Shown: positions 27,813-35,492 of the stretch, in pieces
How the letters are laid out: each line of letters begins with the position of its first letter
Position numbering within the stretch: position 1 is the stretch's first letter
NCBI GenBank assembly: GCA_017456625.1
Contig: JAFTJB010000054.1
Coordinates: forward strand, 1-59,538
Length of the DNA: 59,538 nucleotides
Origin: Clostridia bacterium
Lineage (GTDB): Bacteria > Bacillota > Clostridia > Oscillospirales > CAG-272
Direction: 5' to 3'
Position numbers and translations under genes: made by a program
Notes under the pieces: generated by a model
Seen by the model: only the letters and a program-made list of their open reading frames with translations
Databases searched by the model: none
What the model was told of the DNA's origin: nothing

Positions 27813-28034
27813 GTGAGGACCTCCTTTTTTTGATTAGCATATAAAAATCTTTCCATCTCAATTATAACATAAGCGGATGCTTTTTTCAATAGAAAAATAG
27901 TAGGACTCTTTTCACGAGCGGACTCTGAACCGAACTTCGGCGCAATGGAAGGATAGGACATCAAATAGAGGCAGTTATTTGCGCCTCGTCTGCAATTTTT
28001 GCATACAAAAATTGCGTGCGGTCAGCGTAATGGA

Positions 28035-28095
28035 CCATGGTGCGCCAAAGAAGCCCTCAACGCAACGCGTTGAGGGCTTCTTTGGCGCACCATGG
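28035..28095. repeat. 29-bp perfect inverted repeat (3-nt loop) whose right arm includes the last 13 nt of tRNA-Arg
   Basis: ccatggtgcgccaaagaagccctcaacgc (28035-28063), loop aac, gcgttgagggcttctttggcgcaccatgg (28067-28095). Confidence 0.9.
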
Positions 28096-28159
28096 CGGAC
28101 TCGAACCGTCGACACCAAGCGTCGGAGGCTTGTGCTCTATCCATCTGAGCTAATGGTGC
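28083..28159 (-). tRNA. tRNA-Arg (anticodon CCG), CCA encoded
   Basis: Reverse complement: GCACCAT-TA-GCTC-AGATGGATA-GAGC-A-CAAGC-CTCCGAC-GCTTG-GTGTC-GACGG-TTCGAGT-CCGCC-ATGGTGC-G-CCA. Cloverleaf folded by eye; one A-C mismatch in the T stem. Confidence 0.85.
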
Positions 28160-28268
28160 ATATGAGTTTGACCTGTCTATTATAGCATATATTTTTTTCC
28201 TTTGCAAGCATTTTTTGCCGAAATATGGTATTCCGCTATGAGAATTTACAGTTTTTTTTCACGTAGGA

Positions 28269-28297
28269 TTGACAAAAGCCCGCGTTTCGGTTATAAT
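28269..28297 (+). promoter_or_regulatory. Perfect consensus promoter for the glutamine synthetase gene
   Basis: TTGACA (28269-28274), 17-nt spacer, TATAAT (28292-28297). Confidence 0.75.
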
Positions 28298-28343
28298 AAA
28301 TTATTAAAGTGTAAAAGCAAGGGAAAGGAGTCATGGATCCCCT

Positions 28344-30434
28344 ATGACAAAAAACGTATCCGAAATCTTTGGCGCAATGGTCTTTAACGACGACGTGATG
28401 CGCGAAAGACTCCCCAAAGAAGTTTATAAATCACTGACCAGAAGCGTTGCAACGGGAAAGACGATCGATCCCTCCATCGCCGACGTGGTCGCAAACGCCA
28501 TGAAGGATTGGGCGGTGGAGAAGGGCGCTACGCACTATACCCACTGGTTCCAGCCTCTGACCGGCGTGACCGCAGAGAAGCACGATGCCTTCATTGCCCC
28601 TGTCGGCAACTGCAAGGTCGTTATGGAATTCTCCGGCAAGGAATTGATCCGCGGCGAGTCCGATGCTTCCTCCTTCCCCTCGGGTGGCCTTCGCGCGACC
28701 TTTGAGGCGAGAGGATATACCGCATGGGATCCCGCGTCCTATGCCTTCGTCAAGGACGGCACGCTCTACATTCCCACCGCATTCTGCTCCTATACGGGTG
28801 AGGCGCTTGACTCCAAGACACCTCTCCTCCGTTCGATGGACGCGATCAGCCACGAGGCGCTTCGCCTGCTTCGTCTCTTCGGAGACACGCAGTGCCGCCG
28901 CGTAGAGGTTACGGTCGGCGCGGAGCAGGAGTATTTTATCATCGATAAGGCAATGTACGATCGCCGCAAGGATCTGGTCTACACGGGACGTACGCTCTTT
29001 GGTGCGCCCGCTCCCAAGGGACAGGAGCTGGAGGATCACTATTTCGGCCCTCTCAAGACGCGTATCGCGGCATTCATGTCCGATCTCGATGAGGCACTTT
29101 GGAAAATGGGCATCAACGCCAAGACCAAGCACAACGAGGCGGCTCCCGCACAGCACGAGCTGGCTCCCATTTACGCAACCGTCAACATCGCGGTAGACCA
29201 GAATCTTCTGACGATGGAATACATGAAAAAGATCGCGGAGCGGCACGGGCTTGTTTGCCTGCTTCACGAGAAGCCCTACGCGGGTGTGAACGGCTCGGGT
29301 AAGCACAACAACTGGTCGATCACGGCAAACGGCAAAAATCTGCTCGATCCCGGTAAGACCCCCGAGGAAAATGCAAAATTCCTGCTCATTCTCGCAGCGG
29401 TTATTAAAGCGGTTGACGACTATCAGGATCTGCTCCGTATCTCCATTGCGCACGCGGGCAACGATCACCGTCTGGGCGCAAACGAGGCGCCTCCCGCCAT
29501 CGTATCCATCTTTGTCGGCGAGGAGCTCGGAACGCTGATCGATTCGATCGTGGACGGTACTGCCTACAAGGGCGCGAAGGCGGCGATGATGGACCTCGGT
29601 ATTCCCACCGTTCCCGTGTTCCGCAAGGATACCACCGACCGTAACCGTACCTCTCCCTTCGCGTTTACGGGTAACAAATTCGAGTTCCGTATGCTGGGCT
29701 CGTCGCAGAACATCGCAATGCCCAACACAGTCCTCAATACCGCTGTTGCGGAGGTCTTCTGTCAGTTTGCGAACGTGCTCGAAAAGGCAGAGAACTTTGA
29801 TGCTGCGGTCGCAAAGCTGATCAAGGACACCTTCACCGCGCACCGTCGCATCATCTTCGACGGCAACGGCTATTCGCAGGCATGGGAGGAGGAGGCTGCA
29901 CACCGCGGTCTGCTCAATCTCCGTACCTCGGTCGATGCCTACAAGACCTTTATGGATCCCAAGAACGTCAAGCTCTTTGCCTCTCACGGTGTTATGAGCG
30001 AGACCGAGATGCGCTCGCGTGAGGAGATCTTCTTTGAGAACTATTCCAAGATCGTCAACATCGAGGCGCTGACCATGATCGTGATGGCAACGCGCGATTA
30101 CATTCCTGCCGTGGAGCAGTACATCGCTGAGCTTGCCGACGTTGCGGTCAAGAAGCAATCGATTGCGGCAAACATTTCCTGCCGTGTGGAAAGCGAGCTG
30201 ATCCGCCGTCTGTCCGACCTCAATACCAAGGCGTTCAACGCAATGGAGGCACTCAAATCGATCGAGACCTCTGCGGCGGCGATTGCGGATGCAAAGCTCC
30301 GTGCGGAGTGCTATTGCGACAAGGTCCTGCCTGCTATGAAGGTGTTGCGTGACGCGATCGACGAGATGGAAACGCTCACCGCATCCAAGCATTGGCCTGT
30401 TCCCACCTACGGAGACATGATGTTCCGCGTATAA
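28344..30434 (+). CDS. glnN: Glutamine synthetase, type III
   Basis: 696 aa. The N-terminus (FGAMVFNDDVMRERLPKEVYKSL...ATHYTHWFQPLTG) and the length are characteristic of GS type III. Confidence 0.85.
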   Translation: MTKNVSEIFGAMVFNDDVMRERLPKEVYKSLTRSVATGKTIDPSIADVVANAMKDWAVEKGATHYTHWFQPLTGVTAEKHDAFIAPVGNCKVVMEFSGKELIRGESDASSFPSGGLRATFEARGYTAWDPASYAFVKDGTLYIPTAFCSYTGEALDSKTPLLRSMDAISHEALRLLRLFGDTQCRRVEVTVGAEQEYFIIDKAMYDRRKDLVYTGRTLFGAPAPKGQELEDHYFGPLKTRIAAFMSDLDEALWKMGINAKTKHNEAAPAQHELAPIYATVNIAVDQNLLTMEYMKKIAERHGLVCLLHEKPYAGVNGSGKHNNWSITANGKNLLDPGKTPEENAKFLLILAAVIKAVDDYQDLLRISIAHAGNDHRLGANEAPPAIVSIFVGEELGTLIDSIVDGTAYKGAKAAMMDLGIPTVPVFRKDTTDRNRTSPFAFTGNKFEFRMLGSSQNIAMPNTVLNTAVAEVFCQFANVLEKAENFDAAVAKLIKDTFTAHRRIIFDGNGYSQAWEEEAAHRGLLNLRTSVDAYKTFMDPKNVKLFASHGVMSETEMRSREEIFFENYSKIVNIEALTMIVMATRDYIPAVEQYIAELADVAVKKQSIAANISCRVESELIRRLSDLNTKAFNAMEALKSIETSAAAIADAKLRAECYCDKVLPAMKVLRDAIDEMETLTASKHWPVPTYGDMMFRV

Positions 30435-30446
30435 TTCTATATAGAG

Positions 30447-30488
30447 GAAGCGAAAAAACGCAGTTCTGTTGTTTTTTCGCTTCTTTTT
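30447..30488 (+). terminator. Rho-independent terminator after glnN
   Basis: gaagcgaaaaaac-(11-nt loop)-gttttttcgcttc followed by ttttt. Confidence 0.75.
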
Positions 30489-30596
30489 CTTGCTTTTCTG
30501 CAAACTCTTTGAAGGAATTATGAAAAAATCATTGCTTTTTATGCTGTAATGTGGTATGATAAAGGTATCAATGAGAAAGGGAAGACGGTGTGGACG

Positions 30597-31298
30597 ATGC
30601 GTGAAAGGTTGAAGTCTGTGATCGATTTTATACTGCCGAAATATGCGTACGTTCCCATTGTTGCCGCCGTTGGAACCAATATGCTGGTCTATTTTGCGAC
30701 CAAACCCTTTGTGTCGCAGGCGGAGCACTACGACCTGTCCATCTTCATTGACGATCGTTTGCCTTTCGTTCCCTTTTTTATTTTGTTTTACGTGCTTGCA
30801 TACCTTCAATGGGCGTGGCATTATATCTACCATTACCGCAAGAGTCGCGAGGATTGCTATCACTACGCTACGGCGGATGTGATCGCAAAGCTTCTTTGTC
30901 TCGTATTCTTCTTGGCACTTCCTGCCGAGATCGAGCGACCGACACTGACGGGAGATGGCTTTTGGGAGTATCTGACGGGCTTGATCTACGCGGCGGATTC
31001 TCCGCACAATCTCTTCCCGTCGATCCACTGCCTCGCAAGCTGGCTCTGCTTCCGCTCCGCGTTGGAGATCAAGACCGCGCCGCGGTGGTATGCACCGGCG
31101 CAGCTGGTCTTCTCGCTTTTGGTATTCGCATCTACCGTGCTGGTCAAGCAGCATTTCTTTGTGGATATCTTTGCGGGAATTGCCGTGGTCGAGATCGCAT
31201 GGTTCCTCTCGAGGCGGCTTCGCCTGTGGCGCGTGTTTGAAAAAATCGAGCTTCCGTTCGTTCGTCGCGCCGATACTAATTTAAAAAAGGACGGTTGA
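30597..31298 (+). CDS. PAP2-superfamily integral membrane protein (lipid phosphatase / phosphotransferase type)
   Basis: FPSIHC and QHFFVD motifs (PAP2 C2/C3-like) in a polytopic protein. The start is uncertain (ATG 30597 versus 30549). Confidence 0.6.
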   Translation: MRERLKSVIDFILPKYAYVPIVAAVGTNMLVYFATKPFVSQAEHYDLSIFIDDRLPFVPFFILFYVLAYLQWAWHYIYHYRKSREDCYHYATADVIAKLLCLVFFLALPAEIERPTLTGDGFWEYLTGLIYAADSPHNLFPSIHCLASWLCFRSALEIKTAPRWYAPAQLVFSLLVFASTVLVKQHFFVDIFAGIAVVEIAWFLSRRLRLWRVFEKIELPFVRRADTNLKKDG

Positions 31299-31300
31299 TT

Positions 31301-32407
31301 ATGAAATCTGAACAGGATCGCGAGCGCATTGAGGCGAATGCGACGGAAACACCCGCGCAGCCCGAAAGACCGCCCGCGAAAAAGCAATGGATGTGGACCA
31401 TTATCTTCATCCTGATCGCCGCAGTCAGCGTGCTTGCGGTGGTCCTGCAAAGCAGGGAATTCTCACTCTCGCAGTTCTGGAGCTATCTGACCGAGGCATC
31501 CCTGCCTTGGCTCGGTGTATCTCTTTTGGGTATGCTTGGATTTATCTTCTTTGAGGGCTTTGCGTTGCTTATTATCTGCCGTGCGTTCGGTTATCGGCAA
31601 AAGATCGGTCACGGCTATATCTACTCCGCATCCGACATTTATTTCTCGGCGATCACTCCCTCCGCGACGGGCGGCCAGCCTGCCAGCGCGTACTTCATGA
31701 TGAAGGACGGCATCCCCGGTATGGTGGTTACGGTTGCTTTGGTTGCAAATCTCTGTATGTACACGCTTGCCATCGTTGCCATCGGTGCGATCTGCTTTAC
31801 CTTCCATTTTGACGTTTTCTTAAGCTTCAATTTGGTATCCAAGGTTTTAATTTTGGTCGGCGTGGTCATGCAGCTTGGCTTGGCGCTTTTCTTCTTCCTG
31901 CTTCTCAAAAACGGCGCGCTTTTGCATCGCATCTGCCGTGCTGTCATTCACTTTTTATGTAAGATCCGTATTCTGCGCCACGAGGAGCGCAAGCAGGCAA
32001 AGTTGGATGCCTCTATGGAGCGCTACCGCGGATACGCGCACGTTCTCTCGGGACACCGCAAAACGCTGATCTTTGTATTTTTGTTTAATTTCCTGCAACG
32101 CGCGTCTCAGATTGCTGTGACGATGTTTACCTACCTTGCATCAGGCGGCTCGCTTTCTCGCGCGGGAGAGCTTTGGGCAATGCAGGGCTACGTGGTCATC
32201 GGCTCGAATTCGATCCCGATCCCCGGTGCGATGGGTGTATCCGACTATATCATGCTTGACGGCTTCCGCTCGATCATGAGTGAGAGCGCGGCAGTTAATC
32301 TGGAGCTGCTTTCCAGATCGTTCTCGTTCTATATCTGTATTTTCCTGTGCGGAATTTCTACTTTGATTCAATTTCAGCGGCTAAAGAAAAGGAGGACCTT
32401 ATCATGA
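31301..32407 (+). CDS. Flippase-like membrane protein (lysyl-phosphatidylglycerol-synthase TM-region family)
   Basis: Polytopic. ITPSATGGQPAS and IPIPGAMGVSDY motifs are typical of this family. ATG 31301 lies 2 nt after the upstream stop. Confidence 0.6.
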   Translation: MKSEQDRERIEANATETPAQPERPPAKKQWMWTIIFILIAAVSVLAVVLQSREFSLSQFWSYLTEASLPWLGVSLLGMLGFIFFEGFALLIICRAFGYRQKIGHGYIYSASDIYFSAITPSATGGQPASAYFMMKDGIPGMVVTVALVANLCMYTLAIVAIGAICFTFHFDVFLSFNLVSKVLILVGVVMQLGLALFFFLLLKNGALLHRICRAVIHFLCKIRILRHEERKQAKLDASMERYRGYAHVLSGHRKTLIFVFLFNFLQRASQIAVTMFTYLASGGSLSRAGELWAMQGYVVIGSNSIPIPGAMGVSDYIMLDGFRSIMSESAAVNLELLSRSFSFYICIFLCGISTLIQFQRLKKRRTLS

Positions 32408-33123
32408 TTGGAATTTATGACTATACTGTGGTGCTGACGTATCTGTCGCTCATGTCCGCGGGTACGGGTATCGTGGTCTCGCTCTCGGGCGGCGGACATC
32501 CCTATTGGGGCGTTTTCTTCTTGCTTTTGTGCGGTCTGTTTGATGCATTCGACGGCAGAGTCGCAAGAATGAAGAAGAACAGAACGCAAATGGAATGTAA
32601 TTACGGTATTCAGATCGATTCCTTGGCGGATGTGATCGCGTTTGGTGTGCTTCCCGCAACCATTGGCGTTGCGCTTCTCCGTACTTCCCCTATGCTCTCC
32701 GGGAAGGGCATCTTTATCGACGATTATTTCTCGGTCCATTGGACAGCGGTGCTGTTCAAGACGGTCTGCTATGCGATCTTGATCCTTTATATCCTCGCGG
32801 CACTGATCCGCTTGGCATATTTTAACGTGACCGAGGAGGAGCGTCAGCGCACCGAGGGCGGAAAGAGAAAGACCTACACGGGGCTTCCCGTAACCTCTGC
32901 ATCTCTCATCTTCCCGAGTGTGCTCCTGCTTCGCTACATCCTTCCCATTGATATTTCCATCGTGTACGTTCCCGTCGCGCTGATTACGGCATTCCTGTTC
33001 TTATCCAAGATTCAAGTGCCAAAGCCCGGCTTGCGCGGAATATTGATCATGATTGGAATCGGTGTGTTGGAGTGCGTTGCGCTTGGCGTGTTCCTGTATC
33101 TGAAGCTGAATAATCTGATATGA
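32404..33123 (+). CDS. pssA: CDP-diacylglycerol--serine O-phosphatidyltransferase (CDP-alcohol phosphatidyltransferase family)
   Basis: DAFDGRVARMKKNRTQMECNYGIQIDSLAD matches D-G-x2-A-R-x8-G-x3-D-x3-D. ATGA overlap with the upstream stop. Confidence 0.75.
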   Translation: MIGIYDYTVVLTYLSLMSAGTGIVVSLSGGGHPYWGVFFLLLCGLFDAFDGRVARMKKNRTQMECNYGIQIDSLADVIAFGVLPATIGVALLRTSPMLSGKGIFIDDYFSVHWTAVLFKTVCYAILILYILAALIRLAYFNVTEEERQRTEGGKRKTYTGLPVTSASLIFPSVLLLRYILPIDISIVYVPVALITAFLFLSKIQVPKPGLRGILIMIGIGVLECVALGVFLYLKLNNLI

Positions 33124-33971
33124 CGGAGCCGATGATGAGAGCGGGAGTTCAACCGCCCGAGGATAGCGGCGCACTGAAATTCCTCTATCGGACCGCGATA
33201 GGACGCGTGTTTCTCAAGCTCTTGACGGCGAGGTGGATCTCAAAGCTGTGCGGCGCGTTTTTGAACAGCAGGCTCTCCAAGCCGCTGATCAAGCGCTTTG
33301 TGGAGGGAAACGGGATCAACCTGGACGACTTTGAGACGGATGGCTTCCGTTGCTTTAACGATTGCTTCTGCCGCAAGATCAAGGAGGGACTTCGCCCGAT
33401 CGATGACGATCCCGAGGTGCTTGTCGCACCCTGTGACGGACTTTTGAGTGTTTATCGCATTGAGGACGAAACGGTCATGCCGATCAAGCAAAGCGTGTAT
33501 ACGGTAAAGTCGCTTCTCGGGAACGAGGCGTTGGCAGAGCGGTATCGCGGCGGTGTTTGTCTGGTTTTTCGTCTTTGTGTGGATCACTATCACCGTTACT
33601 GTTATCCCGTAGATGGGCAAAAGGGAGAAAACGTCTTCTTGCGCGGCAGACTGCACACGGTGCGCCCCATCGCGCTTGAGACCTATCCCGTATTTGCGCA
33701 GAATTGCCGTGAGTACACGGTCGTGGAGAACGGTCGGTTTGGCGCGGTGCTTCAGATGGAGGTCGGTGCCATGCTGGTTGGAAAGATCAAAAATCTGCAC
33801 GGCGCGAAGGACGTGAAGCGCGGCGAGGAGAAGGGAATGTTCCTCTACGGAGGCAGCACCGTGATCCTTATGCTGGAGAAGGACCGCGTCACGCTTCCCG
33901 ATATCCTTTATCAAAATACGAAAAACGGTCTGGAAACACCTGTGAGAATGGGTGAGCGGATCTCGAAATAA
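33120..33971 (+). CDS. psd: Phosphatidylserine decarboxylase proenzyme
   Basis: C-terminal FLYGGSTVI self-cleavage-type motif. ATGA overlap with the pssA stop. Confidence 0.8.
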   Translation: MTEPMMRAGVQPPEDSGALKFLYRTAIGRVFLKLLTARWISKLCGAFLNSRLSKPLIKRFVEGNGINLDDFETDGFRCFNDCFCRKIKEGLRPIDDDPEVLVAPCDGLLSVYRIEDETVMPIKQSVYTVKSLLGNEALAERYRGGVCLVFRLCVDHYHRYCYPVDGQKGENVFLRGRLHTVRPIALETYPVFAQNCREYTVVENGRFGAVLQMEVGAMLVGKIKNLHGAKDVKRGEEKGMFLYGGSTVILMLEKDRVTLPDILYQNTKNGLETPVRMGERISK

Positions 33972-33995
33972 AGGGCTTTTTTGAGCCCTTTTTTC
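33970..33995 (+). terminator. Rho-independent terminator after psd
   Basis: aagggct-tttttg-agccctt followed by tttt. Confidence 0.7.
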
Positions 33996-34004
33996 GTTTT
34001 GCTA

Positions 34005-34033
34005 TTGACATTTTGCGCTATGAGGAGTACAAT
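34005..34033 (+). promoter_or_regulatory. Promoter for the MFS transporter gene
   Basis: TTGACA (34005-34010), 17-nt spacer, TACAAT (34028-34033). Confidence 0.65.
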
Positions 34034-34066
34034 ATAGTGGTAAATTCGGAAAGTAAGGGGTTTTGT

Positions 34067-35314
34067 ATGAGTCAACTGATTCGAAGTCGCGCCAAGGCAA
34101 TTGCGTGGACGTTGATGCTCGTTTATTTTGCGAGCTACGTCACGCGCATCAATTTTGCGGGGATGATGGTCAAGATCTGCAGTGATATGAATATGGAAAA
34201 GACTGCTTTGGCGATCGTGGTGACGGGCTTGACCGTGACCTACGGTGTCGGACAGATCATCAGCGGCTTTATGGGTGACAAGATCCGCGCCGAGTATATG
34301 ATCATGGGTGGGCTTATGATCGCGGGCTTGGCAAACATTGCGATGACCTTTTGCCAATCGGTCGTTTTGATGACGGTGGTTTGGTGTATCAACGGCTTTG
34401 CGCAGGCAATGCTCTGGCCGCCTATCGTTCGTTTGATGTCTACACATCTGACCGACGTGGAATACGGCTACGCGGCTGTGCGCGTGTCTTGGGGCTCCTC
34501 CTTTGCGACCGTACTGCTTTACCTTGTATGCCCGCTGTTGCTGTACGTGATGAATTGGCGCGCGGTCATGCTTTGCTGTGCCGTTTTGGGACTTGGTGTC
34601 ATGGTGCTTTGGCGTGTGCTGTATCCCAAGCTTTTGGTCGATCCCATTGCTGTGAGTAAGGGAAATGAGGAGGGCAAGGCGGAAAAGGCTGCTGCGATCC
34701 CATTGCCGCGGTTTGTTTATTTGCCTGTTGTACTGATCATGCTTGGAATTCTGATGCAAGGTGTTTTGCGCGACGGTGTGACCAACTGGATGCCCTTTTA
34801 TATGCAGGAGACCTTTGGAATTCCCGAAGAAAATGCGATCATTTCTACGGTCGTTTTGGCGATCTTCAGTGTTGTGAGCTTTTCGTTCTTTGATCTTCTG
34901 CACCGAAGAGTATTCAAAAACGAGGTGTTCTGCTCAGCTGTCATCTTTTTGGCATCCGCGATCTGCTCTGTTGTGCTTTATTTTGCAAATGCCGCAAACG
35001 CGCCTGCCGTTGTGCCCATGCTTTTTATGGCGATCATTGTGGCGTGTATGCACGGTATTAACCTCATGCTCATTACCATTGTGCCCAAGAGATTTATCAA
35101 AAGCGGAAAGGTTTCTACCTATTCGGGGATACTTAACGCGTTTACGTACGTTGGCGCCGCGCTTTCGACCTACGGCTTTGCTGCTCTTGCGGATGCCTTT
35201 GGCTGGGGTGTGACGATCTTGACATGGGTGATTGTTTCGCTCGTTGGCTTGCTCCTTTGCTTGGTCGCAACGCCTCTCTGGCGCCGTTTCCGCTCTGAAT
35301 ATTGTGATCGGTAA
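34067..35314 (+). CDS. MFS transporter (organophosphate/sugar-phosphate antiporter-like)
   Basis: Start at ATG 34067 (MSQLIRSRAK). About 12 TM segments. AWTLMLVYFASYVTRINF and GFMGDKI resemble GlpT/UhpC-type MFS proteins. Confidence 0.7.
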   Translation: MSQLIRSRAKAIAWTLMLVYFASYVTRINFAGMMVKICSDMNMEKTALAIVVTGLTVTYGVGQIISGFMGDKIRAEYMIMGGLMIAGLANIAMTFCQSVVLMTVVWCINGFAQAMLWPPIVRLMSTHLTDVEYGYAAVRVSWGSSFATVLLYLVCPLLLYVMNWRAVMLCCAVLGLGVMVLWRVLYPKLLVDPIAVSKGNEEGKAEKAAAIPLPRFVYLPVVLIMLGILMQGVLRDGVTNWMPFYMQETFGIPEENAIISTVVLAIFSVVSFSFFDLLHRRVFKNEVFCSAVIFLASAICSVVLYFANAANAPAVVPMLFMAIIVACMHGINLMLITIVPKRFIKSGKVSTYSGILNAFTYVGAALSTYGFAALADAFGWGVTILTWVIVSLVGLLLCLVATPLWRRFRSEYCDR

Positions 35315-35338
35315 GGTGTTGAGAAGGAATGAGATATT

Positions 35339-35404
35339 GGAGAGGGAGGGAACTTCTTAAGGAGAAGTTCCCTCCCTCTCCAAGCCTCTCCCACCCTCAA
35401 GACC
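35339..35404 (+). repeat. Dispersed 3'-UTR stem-loop repeat, copy 2
   Basis: GGAGAGGGAGGGAACTTCT-taagg-AGAAGTTCCCTCCCTCTCC plus the tail aagcctctcccaccctcaagacc. Starts 25 nt after the MFS stop. Confidence 0.85.
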
Positions 35405-35414
35405 TTTACCAAAC

Positions 35415-35455
35415 AAAAGAGAGCGCACATTCCATTGGAATGTGCGCTCTCTTTT
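35415..35455 (+). terminator. 19-bp perfect hairpin ending in TTTT, likely terminator of the MFS transcript
   Basis: aaaagagagcgcacattcc-att-ggaatgtgcgctctctttt. Confidence 0.65.
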
Positions 35456-35456
35456 G

Positions 35457-35486
35457 GCAAACGCCTCTCGGTAGAGAGGCGTTTGC
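35457..35486. terminator. 13-bp hairpin of the GCCTCTC...GAGAGGC type between the convergent MFS and pcrA genes
   Basis: gcaaacgcctctc-ggta-gagaggcgtttgc, 6 nt beyond the pcrA stop. The core is similar to the hairpin at 48569..48595. Confidence 0.55.
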
Positions 35487-35492
35487 GGAGTT

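Noticed and set aside
27925-27975. A sequence resembling a tRNA T-arm (gagcggactctgaaccg) upstream of the tRNA-Arg palindrome, possibly a tRNA pseudogene.
   Set aside because: Only about 15 nt resemble the T-arm region of the neighbouring tRNA, and with an insertion. No acceptor, D or anticodon arms can be folded around it.
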